A DNA stretch of 58,750 bases, from assembly GCA_042216675.1 (NCBI GenBank), contig JBDGTS010000005.1, forward strand, positions 1 through 58,750, written 5' to 3'. This DNA comes from Halobacteriaceae archaeon. GTDB lineage: Archaea > Halobacteriota > Halobacteria > Halobacteriales > Halobacteriaceae. The notes under the pieces are model-generated. The model was not told where the DNA came from and ran no database searches. It saw only the letters and a program-made list of their open reading frames with translations. Position 1 is the stretch's first letter, and the number at the start of each line of letters is the position of its first letter. Positions 10,187-20,572 of this stretch are shown here, piece after piece. Both the position numbers and the translations under genes were made by a program.

Positions 10187-10273
10187 TGGTAACCACACCC
10201 AATCTAACCTATCTCCCCTTATCAAAGTGTCGCCGAGCAAAATCGGTTTGCCGCCGCTCCCCGTGGGTGGCGT

Positions 10274-11053
10274 ATGGCGGCTTACGCCGACCTTCACGTC
10301 CACACGACGGTGTCCGACGGGTCGCTCGCGCCCGACGAGGTGCCCGCCGCCGCCCGCGAGGCGGGCGTCGAGGTGGTCGCTCTCACGGACCACGACCGAC
10401 TGAATCCGGCGCTCGACGCTCCCGTCGTCGACCGCGAGGGAGTCACACTCGTCCACGGCGTCGAACTCCGCGTGGCGACGACCGAGGGTCACCTCGACCT
10501 GTTGGGCTACGGCGTCCGCCGGACGGACGCGCTGACGGCCGAACTCGACCGCCTCCAGGCCGACCGGGTCGAGCGAGCGCGGGCGATGGTCGACTGCGTG
10601 GAGGACCGCCTCGACGTGGCCCTCGACGTCCCCTTCGAACCCGGCGTCGGCCGGCCACACGTCGCCCGCGCCGTCGCCGAGGCCCATCCCGACTACGACG
10701 TGCAGGCGGCCTTCGAGTCCCTCATCGGCGAGGACTGCCCCTGCTACGTCGCCCGCGACGTGCCGGACTTCGACCGGGGCGCGACGCTCCTCCGGGATGC
10801 CTGTGCGCTCGTCGGCCTCGCGCACCCCCTCCGCTACCCCGACCCGTCGGCCGCCCTCTCGCGGGCCGCGTCGCTCGACGCTGTGGAACTGCACTACCCC
10901 TACGCCGGTGAGCCATCGCTGGTGCCGGTCGAGCGCGCGATTCGGGTCCACGACCTCCTGCCGACGGGCGGGAGCGACGCCCACGGCGAGACGCTCGGCG
11001 GGACGGGGCTGGACCGCGCGGCCTACGACCAGGTGGCCGAACGGCTCCCCTGA
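10274..11053 (+). CDS. PHP-domain metal-dependent phosphoesterase
   Basis: DLHVHTTVSDG, ALTDHD, GVEL, LAHP and TGGSDAHG motifs. Confidence 0.93.
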   Translation: MAAYADLHVHTTVSDGSLAPDEVPAAAREAGVEVVALTDHDRLNPALDAPVVDREGVTLVHGVELRVATTEGHLDLLGYGVRRTDALTAELDRLQADRVERARAMVDCVEDRLDVALDVPFEPGVGRPHVARAVAEAHPDYDVQAAFESLIGEDCPCYVARDVPDFDRGATLLRDACALVGLAHPLRYPDPSAALSRAASLDAVELHYPYAGEPSLVPVERAIRVHDLLPTGGSDAHGETLGGTGLDRAAYDQVAERLP

Positions 11054-11110
11054 GTCGGTGTTCGCCGGTGTCGTAGGGTTCAGGTAGCCCGCTCTCCTAG
11101 GGGGGAGTAC

Positions 11111-11275
11111 ATGCAGTGTCACTACTGTGAGAACGCCGCCGACGTCACCGTCGAGAAAGACGGTGTGCAGGTGGGTCTCTGCGAGGACCACTTCCGCGAG
11201 CGACTGGAGGAACTCGCGGAGTCCGACGTCCTCGACGACGTGCGCGAGCATCTGGACATCGACCGCTCGGAGTGA
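11111..11275 (+). CDS. Small Cys/His zinc-binding protein (DUF6757-like)
   Basis: Manual translation MQCHYCENAADVTVEKDGVQVGLCEDHFRERLEELAESDVLDDVREHLDIDRSE (54 aa); below the ORF-track cutoff. Confidence 0.8.
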   Translation: MQCHYCENAADVTVEKDGVQVGLCEDHFRERLEELAESDVLDDVREHLDIDRSE

Positions 11276-11315
11276 CTCCGGAGAGCGTTTCCGCCCGCGG
11301 GTCCCAGCACCATCC

Positions 11316-11786
11316 ATGCGCGACGTGAGCCTCGACGACCTCGACTCCCGAATCGGCCCGGCGAGCGTCAGCCGTCCCCTCTCCGATGCGCTCGGCACGA
11401 CGAACCTCGCCATCAACTACTACGAACTCGGCCCCGGCGAGAGTTCGGCCTACGGCTTTCACGCTCACGAGGCACAGGAGGAAGTGTTCTACGTGCAGGC
11501 CGGCACCGTCACGTTCCGGACCGCTGACGGCGACGTGACCGCCGACGCCGGCGACCTCGTGCGCTTTGGCCCCGGCGAGTATCAGCGCTGTGTCAACGAG
11601 GGCGAGGACCGGGCGACGCTCCTCGTCGTCGGTGCGCCCCGCGAGGCCGGCGAGACGGAGGTGCTTCGCTACTGTGCGGAGTGCGCCACCGAGACGCCCC
11701 AGTCGCTCGAACTCGTCGACGAGAAAGACGCCATCGAAGCCGTCTGCGAGGAGTGTGGCGCCGTGACGGGTCGCTTCGAGGCCTAG
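11316..11786 (+). CDS. Cupin-domain protein with a C-terminal zinc ribbon
   Basis: HAHEAQEEVFYVQAG cupin motif; CAEC and CEECG at the C-terminus. Confidence 0.88.
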   Translation: MRDVSLDDLDSRIGPASVSRPLSDALGTTNLAINYYELGPGESSAYGFHAHEAQEEVFYVQAGTVTFRTADGDVTADAGDLVRFGPGEYQRCVNEGEDRATLLVVGAPREAGETEVLRYCAECATETPQSLELVDEKDAIEAVCEECGAVTGRFEA

Positions 11787-12481
11787 TCCGCGGCCGCCTC
11801 GGGCGCCGTCCGCTCCCGCGCGAAGTCACAGAAGTTCTCGAACACCGTCTTGGCCTCACAAGCCGCCCGGTAGTTCTCCTCGGTGATGCCGTCGAGTACC
11901 GACTCCATGCGCTCGTCGGCGAGTTCGCCCTTCCCGCGCGTGACCGATTCGGCCGTCTCGGGGTCGTACTCGGGATGGAACTGGACGCCGAAGACCGGTC
12001 CCTTCCGGAAGGCGTGAATCGAGCGGTCGTTCTCGGCCAACACCTCGGCTCCGGGCGGCGTCGTCGTCACCTCGTCGGAGTGCGTGGTGAAGGCCGTGAA
12101 CGTCTCGTCGATGCCCTCGAACAGCCGCCCGCCGTCGTGTTCCACCTCGCGGTAGCCGATTTCGTACTCGTCCATCGCCCCGACCTCGCCGCCCAACACG
12201 TCGGCGAGCAGTTGGTGGCCGTAACAGACCCCGAGCAGGGGCACCTCCCGTTCGACGGCGCCGTCCACCCACGACTTCAGGCCGGCGATCCAGTCCTCCG
12301 TCCAGTAGACGGAGGCCCGAGAGCCGGTGACGATGGCGGCGTCGTAGCGGTAGTCCGGCGGCAGTTCCTCGGCGGTGACGTCGAACTCCGAGAGGTCGGC
12401 GTCCACCTCGCGGCGGAAGTTCCGCGGCGTGTGCTCGCTCCCGTGGGAGGCGTCGAGCAGAGCGACGTGGAGACGACTCAT
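11783..12481 (-). CDS. Type 1 glutamine amidotransferase (GMP synthase-like)
   Basis: LGVCYGHQ nucleophile elbow and GVQFHPE His-Glu motif. Confidence 0.92.
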   Translation of the reverse strand: MSRLHVALLDASHGSEHTPRNFRREVDADLSEFDVTAEELPPDYRYDAAIVTGSRASVYWTEDWIAGLKSWVDGAVEREVPLLGVCYGHQLLADVLGGEVGAMDEYEIGYREVEHDGGRLFEGIDETFTAFTTHSDEVTTTPPGAEVLAENDRSIHAFRKGPVFGVQFHPEYDPETAESVTRGKGELADERMESVLDGITEENYRAACEAKTVFENFCDFARERTAPEAAAD

Positions 12482-12539
12482 CACACGACGAGTGGGCACT
12501 CACGCCGAAAGGCGTTACGGCGGCGTCCGAACCTGCCGC

Positions 12540-13307
12540 TCACTCCGTCGCCGAATCGAGGTGCGCCAGCAGGGCGTCGTTGAGGGGCCGCGACCGCTCG
12601 ACGGTGACGAGGTGGCCACCCCCGTCGAAGGCGACGGCCTCGCCCCGCGGGAGGCCCGACGCCAGCGCTTCGCCCGCCTCGACGGGCACGACGTCGTCCC
12701 CGGTGCCGTGGCAGACGAGCGACGGCACCGTCACCTCGTGAAGTCGGTCCCGAACGTCGAAGTCGTCGACGGCGGCGACCTGTGCGCGCCACACGTCCTC
12801 CGGGGCGTCCTCCGCGCCGCGCCACTCCCGAATCTGGTCTGCCACCTCGGGCCTGTCGGCGACGAACTGCGGCGAGAGGCCCCGTTCGAGAGCCCCGTCG
12901 AGAAAGTCCGTCAGCGCGGCGCGGTCCACGGCGCCGAATCGGGCCGCGGTGCCAAAGAGGGCCACCGACGCCGCGCGGCCCCGCGTGAGTGCGTGGTGGA
13001 GCGCCACCATCCCGCCGACGCCGAGGCCGACGAGGTGGGCGCGACGCACCCCCGCGTCCGCGAGGACGGCATCGAGGTCGGCCGCGAACGTCTCGGTGTC
13101 CCACTCGTCGCTCGGGTCGGCCGTCGAGCGACCGGTGCCGCGCGCGTCGAACACGACGGCGTCGTGCGGGCCGGCGACGGCCCGGTGTTGCCAGCCCCAC
13201 GACCACGCGCCGAGGCCGGCCTCCGCGACGAAGGCGACGACCTCCTCGGGGCCGTCGCTGGTCGCCTCGTAGTACAGCGACGCCCCGTCCCGGTCGACTC
13301 GGGGCAT
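12540..13307 (-). CDS. Alpha/beta hydrolase fold protein lacking the nucleophile Ser
   Basis: FDARGTGRS, HLVGLGVGG, HGTGDDVVP and GGHL; ATG 13307 overlaps the alaS stop. Confidence 0.85.
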   Translation of the reverse strand: MPRVDRDGASLYYEATSDGPEEVVAFVAEAGLGAWSWGWQHRAVAGPHDAVVFDARGTGRSTADPSDEWDTETFAADLDAVLADAGVRRAHLVGLGVGGMVALHHALTRGRAASVALFGTAARFGAVDRAALTDFLDGALERGLSPQFVADRPEVADQIREWRGAEDAPEDVWRAQVAAVDDFDVRDRLHEVTVPSLVCHGTGDDVVPVEAGEALASGLPRGEAVAFDGGGHLVTVERSRPLNDALLAHLDSATE

Positions 13308-16072
13308 CAGGCGTTCTGCATCACGCGCCGCAGGATGTCGGGCGCGTCGTCGAGGGCGTCGTCGAGGGCCTCGGCGTTCGGGCCGCCGCCCTGCGCGAAG
13401 TCCGGCGGGCCGCCCCCGCCGCCACCGACGCGGTCCGCGAGTTCGCCGACGACTTCGCCCGCGTCGACGCCGACGCCCTCGGGCACGGCGACGACGAACT
13501 GGGCGCCGTCGAGTCCCGACCCGATGACGGCGATGGTGCCCTCGTCGGCGAGGGCGTTCGCCGTCGCCCGGAGTTCGTCCATGTCGCCGTCGATGCGCTG
13601 AATGGACGCGGACACGCCGTCTACCTCGACTTCCTCCGCCTCGGCGCCCGCGGCGCGGGCCTCGGCGAGTTCCTCTTTGAGTTCCTCGATGCGCTTGCCG
13701 CGCTCCTTCCACTCCGTGAAGAAGCGCTCGGCCGTCTCGGGCACGTCCGCGGGGTCCACGTCGAAGGTGTCGGCCGCCGCGTGGAGCGACGCCTCGGTCT
13801 CTTGGACGTGTTCGATGGCGGCGTCTCCCGCCGCGAACGTGATGCGTTCGACGCCGTCCTGCACTCGCTCGGTGTTCAGAATCTTGATGGCGCCGATGTC
13901 GCCGGTGCGGCTGACGTGGGTGCCTCCACAGGCCTGCACGTCTTCGGCGACGTGGACGAGGCGGATGTTCGTCCCCTCGGGGATGCCGCCCTGATACAGG
14001 TCGAAGCCGAACTCCTCCTCGGCTTCGTGGCGGTGGGGCCACTCGCGGCGCACGGAGGTGTTCTCCATCACGATGTCGTTGGCCGTCCGCTCGATGTCGC
14101 GGACGGTGTCGGGGTCGAGTCGCTCGTAGTGGGTGACGTCGATTCGCGAGGAGTCGGTCCCCTTCTGCGCGCCGGCCTGCCGGACGTGGTCGCCAAGCAC
14201 CTGCCGCGCGGCGTGGATGACGACGTGCGTCGCGGTGTGGTGACGCATCAGGCGATTCCGTCGCTCCGCGTCGATTTGCCCGCGGACGAACTCGCCCTTG
14301 CCGGGACTCTCGTCCGTGCGGTGGAGGATGACGCCGTCCTCGCGTTGCACGTCCTCGACCTGCACGGTCACGTCGTCCGTCGAGAGGATGCCGTGGTCGG
14401 CGGGTTGGCCGCCGCCTTCGGGGTAGAACATCGTCTGGTCGAGGACCACGTCGTAGCCGTCCTCGCGTTCGAACACGTCGAGGACGATGGCCTCGAACTC
14501 CGTCCCCTGCTGGTCCTCGTAGTAGAGGCGCTCCGTCTCGGGCAGGTCGGCCAGTCGCTCGTCTTCGTCCTCGTCGCGTTCGGCCTCGCTCTCGGCGTCG
14601 TGGCGCGACGCGACGATGGAGTAGAAGTCGTCGGGAATCTCCACGTCGGCGCCCATCTCGTCGGCGATTTCCGCCACCATGTCCGGCTGGAGGCCGTGGG
14701 AGTCGTACAGTTCGACGAGCGTGGACGTGGGAATCTTCTCGCCGCGGTCGGCGTGGTCCCGCGCAATCTGGCGGACCCGGCGGCCCCCTCTGTCGAGCGT
14801 CTCGCGGTACTTCTCGACTTCCGTGCGCACCATGTCGCGGATGGTGTCGCGGTTCTCGTAGTCGAGGCGCTCGGCCTGCATGTCCACGAGTTCGTCGAGG
14901 GGCGCGTCGATGCCCACGGTGTCACAGAGGCGTTTCGTGCGCCGGAGGACCATCCGCGCGAGGTAGCCCGTCCCGGCGCTGGAGGGGACGATGTCGTCGC
15001 CGAACATGTAGGCGAGGGCGCGACAGTGGTCGGCGATGGCGTAGATGTCCTCCAGCGGTTCCATCAGGGCCGCGAGTTCGCCCGTCGGCACGTCGAGGTT
15101 GTCCGCGATGTTGTCGCGGGCGCTCTCCATGTCCTCGGCCTCGTCGATGTCCATGTGGCCCGCGAGTTTCGAGGCGCGGTGGACGAGGTCGGCCTCTCGC
15201 TCGGTGTAGTCGAGGCCGGCGTTCTCCCGCAGGAAGTCGATCATGTCGGGGTAGATGGCCTCGTAGACGGTGGGGGTGCCTTGGCTCATCCACGCCCACC
15301 GCTCGATGCCGTAGCCGGTGTCGATGACCCGGCGGTCCATCTCGGAGTACGTGTTGCCGTCCTTGAGTTCCATCTCGCCCTCGGGGTCCTGTTCGAACTG
15401 CATGAAGACGAGCGTCGCGAGTTCGAGGCCCTCGTAGATGACTTCGAAGGCGGGGCCGGCGTTGCCGCCCCCGACCCACATGTCCTCGATGAACGTCACG
15501 TCCTCGGGGTCGGCGCCCACCGCTTCGAGGAGTTCGTCGCAGTACCGGACCGCGTCTTCCTTCCAGTAGACTTCGCCCTCGTAGGCGTAGCCCGACCCCT
15601 CCTCGGCGTTGAAGGCGTGGTGGCCCCCCATCTCGAACGCCATCGTGTGGCGACCGGTCTTGCCCACGTTGTCGATGTCGTTCATCCGGATGCAGGGCTG
15701 GGAGACGACCAGCGGATTCGCCGGCGGCGGCGACGCGCCGGAGGTGACGTGGGGTTGGAAGTCGTAGATGGAGGCCTGCGTGAGATACACGTCGTCGCGC
15801 CAGCGGTTCGCGGCGACGGGGTACGGGTCGATGCGCTCGTGGTCCCGGTCCTCGAAGAAGGAGCAGAACGTCTCGCGCGTCTCTTCGAGGCTCATCGTCT
15901 CGTCGAAGCCCGGGTCGTCGATGAACCCGTACTCCGCACACGGCGGTTCGCCACACGTCTCCCGGTCCCCGTCGCGGGTCCAGAAGGGAGTGCCACACTC
16001 GCTACATTCGAGGCGGACGAACCCCTCGTCCGCGAAGTAGTCGAGGCGGTACTCCTCCGAGAGGTCGCTCAT
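13307..16072 (-). CDS. alaS: Alanine--tRNA ligase (archaeal type)
   Basis: [33 protein letters not shown], editing motifs HTATH and QACGGTH, C-terminal GGGG..FAQGGG. Confidence 0.98.
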   Translation of the reverse strand: MSDLSEEYRLDYFADEGFVRLECSECGTPFWTRDGDRETCGEPPCAEYGFIDDPGFDETMSLEETRETFCSFFEDRDHERIDPYPVAANRWRDDVYLTQASIYDFQPHVTSGASPPPANPLVVSQPCIRMNDIDNVGKTGRHTMAFEMGGHHAFNAEEGSGYAYEGEVYWKEDAVRYCDELLEAVGADPEDVTFIEDMWVGGGNAGPAFEVIYEGLELATLVFMQFEQDPEGEMELKDGNTYSEMDRRVIDTGYGIERWAWMSQGTPTVYEAIYPDMIDFLRENAGLDYTEREADLVHRASKLAGHMDIDEAEDMESARDNIADNLDVPTGELAALMEPLEDIYAIADHCRALAYMFGDDIVPSSAGTGYLARMVLRRTKRLCDTVGIDAPLDELVDMQAERLDYENRDTIRDMVRTEVEKYRETLDRGGRRVRQIARDHADRGEKIPTSTLVELYDSHGLQPDMVAEIADEMGADVEIPDDFYSIVASRHDAESEAERDEDEDERLADLPETERLYYEDQQGTEFEAIVLDVFEREDGYDVVLDQTMFYPEGGGQPADHGILSTDDVTVQVEDVQREDGVILHRTDESPGKGEFVRGQIDAERRNRLMRHHTATHVVIHAARQVLGDHVRQAGAQKGTDSSRIDVTHYERLDPDTVRDIERTANDIVMENTSVRREWPHRHEAEEEFGFDLYQGGIPEGTNIRLVHVAEDVQACGGTHVSRTGDIGAIKILNTERVQDGVERITFAAGDAAIEHVQETEASLHAAADTFDVDPADVPETAERFFTEWKERGKRIEELKEELAEARAAGAEAEEVEVDGVSASIQRIDGDMDELRATANALADEGTIAVIGSGLDGAQFVVAVPEGVGVDAGEVVGELADRVGGGGGGPPDFAQGGGPNAEALDDALDDAPDILRRVMQNA

Positions 16073-16200
16073 TTGTCGGCTATCAGTCGGCCACCGGCCA
16101 AAAGGATTCCGCAGTTGCGGCGGTGACGCCCGTGTTACCCGTTCCGGCGCGCTCCGCCGGGGCCACCGCGTTTTATCCGCCGGCGCCCCTGTCCCCGTCC

Positions 16201-17178
16201 ATGGGCCGAATGATAGACGGCGAGTGGTTCACGGACGCGGAGATGCTCGAACACGACGAGAGCGGGGAGTTCCAGCGCACGACGACCACGTTTCGGGACC
16301 GGGTGGACCCCGCCGACGCCGAGGCAGGCCGCTACCACCTCTACGTCTCCTACGCCTGCCCGTGGGCGCACCGGACGCTTCTCGTCCGCGCGCTGAAGGG
16401 GCTGGGAGACGCCATCAGCGTGAGCGTCGTCGACCCCCACCGCGTCGACCAGGGCTGGGAGTTCGACGCCACGAAGGAGGGCTGTACCCCCGACACCGTC
16501 AACGACAGCGACTACCTCCGCGAGGTGTACGCGACGGCCGACCCCGACTACACCGGGCGCGTCACCGTCCCCGTCCTCTGGGACACACAGGAGGAGACCA
16601 TCGTCAACAACGAGTCCGAGGAGATAATCAAGATTCTCGACACCGCGTTCGACGACGTGGCCGAGAACGACGTGACCCTCTACCCCGAGGACCGGCAGGA
16701 CGACGTCGACGAAATCATCGACGACATCTATCCCGACATCAACAACGGCGTCTACCGCGCCGGCTTCGCCGGATCACAGTCAGCCTACGAGGACGCCGTG
16801 GACGACCTGTTCTCGGCGCTCGACCGCTACGACGACCTGTTGGCCGACCAGCGCTACCTGCTCGGCGAGGACCTCACGCTCGCGGACGTCTGCATGTTCA
16901 CGACGCTGTACCGCTTCGACGAGGTGTACCACACCCACTTCAAGTGCAACCACCGGCGCATCGTGGACTACGAGAACCTCTGGGGCTACGTCCGCGAACT
17001 GTACCAGCTCCCCGGCGTCGCGGAGACGTGCGTGATGGACCACGTCAAAGAACACTACTACAAGAGCCACACCGACCTGAATCCGGCGGGCCTCGTCCCC
17101 GTCGGCCCGGCCCCGGACTTCGAGGCTCCCCACGACAGGGACAGTCTGCCCGGCGGCCCGCCCGCGGCGCTCGAATAG
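16201..17178 (+). CDS. Glutathionyl-hydroquinone reductase-like GST (Xi/omega class)
   Basis: [11 protein letters not shown] active site, TVPVLWD, IVNNES, INNGVY. Confidence 0.93.
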   Translation: MGRMIDGEWFTDAEMLEHDESGEFQRTTTTFRDRVDPADAEAGRYHLYVSYACPWAHRTLLVRALKGLGDAISVSVVDPHRVDQGWEFDATKEGCTPDTVNDSDYLREVYATADPDYTGRVTVPVLWDTQEETIVNNESEEIIKILDTAFDDVAENDVTLYPEDRQDDVDEIIDDIYPDINNGVYRAGFAGSQSAYEDAVDDLFSALDRYDDLLADQRYLLGEDLTLADVCMFTTLYRFDEVYHTHFKCNHRRIVDYENLWGYVRELYQLPGVAETCVMDHVKEHYYKSHTDLNPAGLVPVGPAPDFEAPHDRDSLPGGPPAALE

Positions 17179-17208
17179 CTTTTCTGGCAGGACGCCGATT
17201 GCCCGCTC

Positions 17209-17394
17209 GTGACCGACACCGCCCTTCCCCTCGAAAACGGTCGCTTCGGGCCGCTCGGTGCCGGCGTCGGCGGCGGACTGGGCGCGCTGGTCGGCTACTC
17301 CGTCACCGGCGGCGTCGACCCCGCCGTCCTCGCCGGCCTCGGCGGCGGCCTCGGCGCCCTGATCGGCATGTACGTCGACTACCGCTTCGCCTAG
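17209..17394 (+). CDS. Small glycine-rich two-helix membrane protein
   Basis: Two GGGLGAL glycine-zipper segments; fills the intergenic gap. Confidence 0.6.
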   Translation: MTDTALPLENGRFGPLGAGVGGGLGALVGYSVTGGVDPAVLAGLGGGLGALIGMYVDYRFA

Positions 17395-18365
17395 TCGTCC
17401 AGCGCCACCGCCGCCAGCAGCGCCTCCAACTGGATCCGCTCGTTCGCGCCCTCGGAGATGCGGTAGTCCGCCTCGCCGATGCGGTCCAGCAGGCGCACCG
17501 CCGCCGGGTCGGGAATGTCGAAGTCCCACACCGAGCGGTGGAGTTGGTCGATGACGTCGCCGCCGGCCAGCCCCTTCTCGGAGAGTAGGTCGTCGAGGAC
17601 GGAGCGCGAGACGGCGAAGTCGCCGTCCAGCGCGGCCGTCACCATCTCGTTGATTTCCTCGGGGCGCGCGGTGCTGGTGATGGTGAACACGGCCTCCTCG
17701 TCCACCACGTCGCCGGTGACGGCCGCGGCCTGCAGGCCGTTGATGGCCTTCCGCATGTCGCCGTCGGCGGCGTAGACGAGGGCCTCCACGCCGTCGTCGG
17801 TGAGTTCGATGCCCTCCGTCTCGGCGATTTCGCGCACGTAGTCGCCCATCGCCGCCTCGCCGACGGGCGAGAAGCGGAAGACGGCGCACCGCGACTGGAT
17901 GGGGTCGATGATGCGCGAGGAGTAGTTACACGAGAGAATGAAGCGGACGTTGTTCGAGTACTGCTCCATCGTGCGCCGGAGCGCCGACTGGGCGTCGTCG
18001 GTCAGCGAGTCCGCCTCGTCGAGGAAGATGAGCCCGGGCGTGTCCGTCTCGCGGCCGCGCCAGTCCGACTCCGCGAACGACTTCACCTCGTTTCTGATGA
18101 CGTCGATGCCCCTGTCGTCGGAGGCGTTCAGTTCGAGGAAGAACTCCCGCCAGTCGTCGCCGTACAGTTCGCGGGCGATGGCCTGCGCGGAGGTGGTCTT
18201 GCCGATGCCCGCCTCGCCGGCGAACAGCAGGTGCGGCAGGTCGTTGCGCTCGACGTAGCTCTCGAGTCGCTCGACGATGCGGTCCTGTCCCACCACGTCG
18301 TCGAGTGTCCGCGGGCGGTACTTCTCGGTCCAGACGGCCGTCCGCCCGGCGTCGGCCTCGCTCAT
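17391..18365 (-). CDS. rfcS: Replication factor C small subunit
   Basis: WTEKYRP, Walker [29 protein letters not shown]; no intein. Confidence 0.96.
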   Translation of the reverse strand: MSEADAGRTAVWTEKYRPRTLDDVVGQDRIVERLESYVERNDLPHLLFAGEAGIGKTTSAQAIARELYGDDWREFFLELNASDDRGIDVIRNEVKSFAESDWRGRETDTPGLIFLDEADSLTDDAQSALRRTMEQYSNNVRFILSCNYSSRIIDPIQSRCAVFRFSPVGEAAMGDYVREIAETEGIELTDDGVEALVYAADGDMRKAINGLQAAAVTGDVVDEEAVFTITSTARPEEINEMVTAALDGDFAVSRSVLDDLLSEKGLAGGDVIDQLHRSVWDFDIPDPAAVRLLDRIGEADYRISEGANERIQLEALLAAVALDD

Positions 18366-18412
18366 GCACACACAGAGGGGACTGCCCCCCTTAAACTCCG
18401 CGAGACGCGAGA

Positions 18413-18793
18413 CTACGAGAGGTCAGTCATCTCGTCGCCGGCGTCGGTGACGCCCCTCGCCGCCTCGTTGATGCCCGTCTGCACGACGAACCAGCCGGCG
18501 GGCGGGAACACCATGAACAGCAGGAAGACGAGGATGCCGTCCTTGCCCGTCACCGCCGACGCGTCGTGGCTGGTGCGCCACATCACGACGAAGTTGTACA
18601 GCGGGATGAACAGGCCGACGGTGCGCCACGCCGGACTGAAGTCGGCGCTCGTCCCGCGGGCCAGTTGGACGTGGACCTTGTGCCACCAGTAGACGGTGTA
18701 TAGGGTGAGCGTGACGACTGTGAGAAGCACCTGCAGCGCCAGCGAGTCCTCCTCGAACGCCGTGCGGTTCGTTATCTCGGGAGTCGTACCCAT
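18413..18793 (-). CDS. DUF4234-like small membrane protein
   Basis: [17 protein letters not shown] and VQTGIN pattern with three hydrophobic segments. Confidence 0.75.
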   Translation of the reverse strand: MGTTPEITNRTAFEEDSLALQVLLTVVTLTLYTVYWWHKVHVQLARGTSADFSPAWRTVGLFIPLYNFVVMWRTSHDASAVTGKDGILVFLLFMVFPPAGWFVVQTGINEAARGVTDAGDEMTDLS

Positions 18794-18890
18794 ACGTATC
18801 ACTCTCACTCTGCCGACATAAGTCTCGGGGCGCGTTGCCGAGTCGCTAACGCGGGCGTACAGTTAAGGTCACATCGAACACACGTTCGGT

Positions 18891-19952
18891 ATGGTCCGCA
18901 GTCGCCGCGCTCTCCTCGCCGCGTTCCTCGTCGTATCGCTCACTCTCGCGACCGTTCCCACCACCGCCGTCGCGGACTCCCGCGCCGGCGGCACCGTCGT
19001 CGTCGAGGAGGGCGAAACCGTGACCGGTCTCGAAGCAGTCGGCGGCACCGTCATCGTCAGGGGGACGGTGGACGGGGACCTCGAAGGCCTCGCGGGCACC
19101 ATCGTCGTCACCGGGACCGTCACCGGCGACGTGGAGGCGAGCGCCGGCAACGTCCAGATCGGGGGCCGCGTCGGCGGCGACGTGACGGCCGCGACTGGCT
19201 CCTTCGTCCTCGAACGGAACGCGAGCATCGGCGGCAATCTCCGCGTCGCGGCCGGGAGCGTCCACGTCGAGGGCTCGGTGGGCGGCTTCGTCGAGTCCGC
19301 CGCGGACACGACGGTGCTCGGGCCGACGGCGTCCGTTGGCGGGGACCTCCGGTACAGCGGCGACCTCGAACGCGCCGCGGGCGCCACCGTCGCCGGCACG
19401 GTCACGCGGGACGAGTCGCTGGGCGTCAACGTCAGCGTCTTCGGTCTCTCGGCCCCCACGATTCCCGGCTGGACGGTCGCGCTGTACGCCGCCCTCGTCA
19501 ACTTCGTCGTCGGGGCGATTCTCCTCTACGCCGTTCCCGAATTCGCCGGGGGCGTCGCGGAACGCGCCCGCGAGACGCCGCTCCGGTCGGCCGGCGTCGG
19601 CTTCCTGACGCTCGTCGCCGTCCCCGTCGCGTTGGTCCTCCTGCTCATCACGGTCATCGGCATCCCGCTGAGCATCGTGGGCGTCTTCGCGTTCGTGGTG
19701 CTGTTGTGGGCCGGCTACGTCTTCGGCGCGTACGCGCTGGGGTCGTGGCTCTGCTCGCTGGCCGACGTGGCGAACCGCTACGCGGCCCTCGCGCTGGGTC
19801 TCGTCGCCGTCACCGCCCTCTCGCTGGTGCCGTGGGTCGGCGGCCTCGCCGAGTTCGTCGTCTTCCTCCTCGGTCTCGGCGCCCTCACGTGGTCGCTGTA
19901 CCGCGCCGTCCGCGACTGGCGCCGCGAGGACGAGGAGCCAGCGACAGCCTGA
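18891..19952 (+). CDS. Bactofilin-like (polymer-forming beta-helix) membrane protein
   Basis: Signal-like N-terminus, repeated V.G.V.GD units, then about five TM helices. Confidence 0.82.
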   Translation: MVRSRRALLAAFLVVSLTLATVPTTAVADSRAGGTVVVEEGETVTGLEAVGGTVIVRGTVDGDLEGLAGTIVVTGTVTGDVEASAGNVQIGGRVGGDVTAATGSFVLERNASIGGNLRVAAGSVHVEGSVGGFVESAADTTVLGPTASVGGDLRYSGDLERAAGATVAGTVTRDESLGVNVSVFGLSAPTIPGWTVALYAALVNFVVGAILLYAVPEFAGGVAERARETPLRSAGVGFLTLVAVPVALVLLLITVIGIPLSIVGVFAFVVLLWAGYVFGAYALGSWLCSLADVANRYAALALGLVAVTALSLVPWVGGLAEFVVFLLGLGALTWSLYRAVRDWRREDEEPATA

Positions 19953-19978
19953 AGGCCGTGAGCGGCCACGAGCAGACT

Positions 19979-20176
19979 ATGCGCGTCACGCTCGACGTCG
20001 TCGGCGACGAGTCCCACGAGTTCGAGGTGACGGACGAGACGTACGCCGACTTGCTCGCCGACGTGGGTCTCAGCCCGCACGAAGTGTCCGTCCTCGTCGA
20101 CGGGCGGCCCGTGCCGGAGGACAAGCAGGTGGCCGCCCCCGAAGCGCGCGTCGTCCGCCTCGTCCGCGGGGGCTGA
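19979..20176 (+). CDS. samp2: Ubiquitin-like small archaeal modifier protein SAMP2
   Basis: 65-aa beta-grasp protein, TYADLL, SPHEVSVLVDGRPVPED, C-terminal GG. Confidence 0.9.
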   Translation: MRVTLDVVGDESHEFEVTDETYADLLADVGLSPHEVSVLVDGRPVPEDKQVAAPEARVVRLVRGG

Positions 20177-20547
20177 TGCGCGTCCGTACCGCCCGCGAGG
20201 GCGAGCGAACTGACGTGCTGGGCGTTCTCGACGCCGGTTTTCTCCACACCGACGCCGACAGGGTCGCCGACCGAATCGCCGCCGACGAGGTGCTCGTCGC
20301 CGCCGACGGGGGGACCGTCGTCGGTGCGCTGGTGGCCGAAGACGGCTTCGTCGTGGCCATCGCCGTGCGCCCGAACCGCCGCGGGCAGGGCGTCGGCCGG
20401 TCGCTCGTGGCGGCGGCGGCCGACCGCTGGGGCCGCCTCGTCGCCGAGTTCGACGAGAGCGTGCGCCCCTTCTACGAGGCGCTCGGCTTCGATATTTCGC
20501 CGGCGGGCGAGCGCTATCGGGGCGTCCTCGACCCGCCAGTACGCTGA
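20176..20547 (+). CDS. GNAT-family N-acetyltransferase
   Basis: AVRPNRRGQGVG acetyl-CoA motif and FYEALGF; start overlaps the samp2 stop. Confidence 0.9.
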   Translation: MRVRTAREGERTDVLGVLDAGFLHTDADRVADRIAADEVLVAADGGTVVGALVAEDGFVVAIAVRPNRRGQGVGRSLVAAAADRWGRLVAEFDESVRPFYEALGFDISPAGERYRGVLDPPVR

Positions 20548-20572
20548 CGGTGCCGGCGGGCGAGACGCCGCC

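Noticed and set aside
1-18365. Inteins in radA or the RFC small subunit
   Set aside because: Both read continuously through the Walker A region at normal length.
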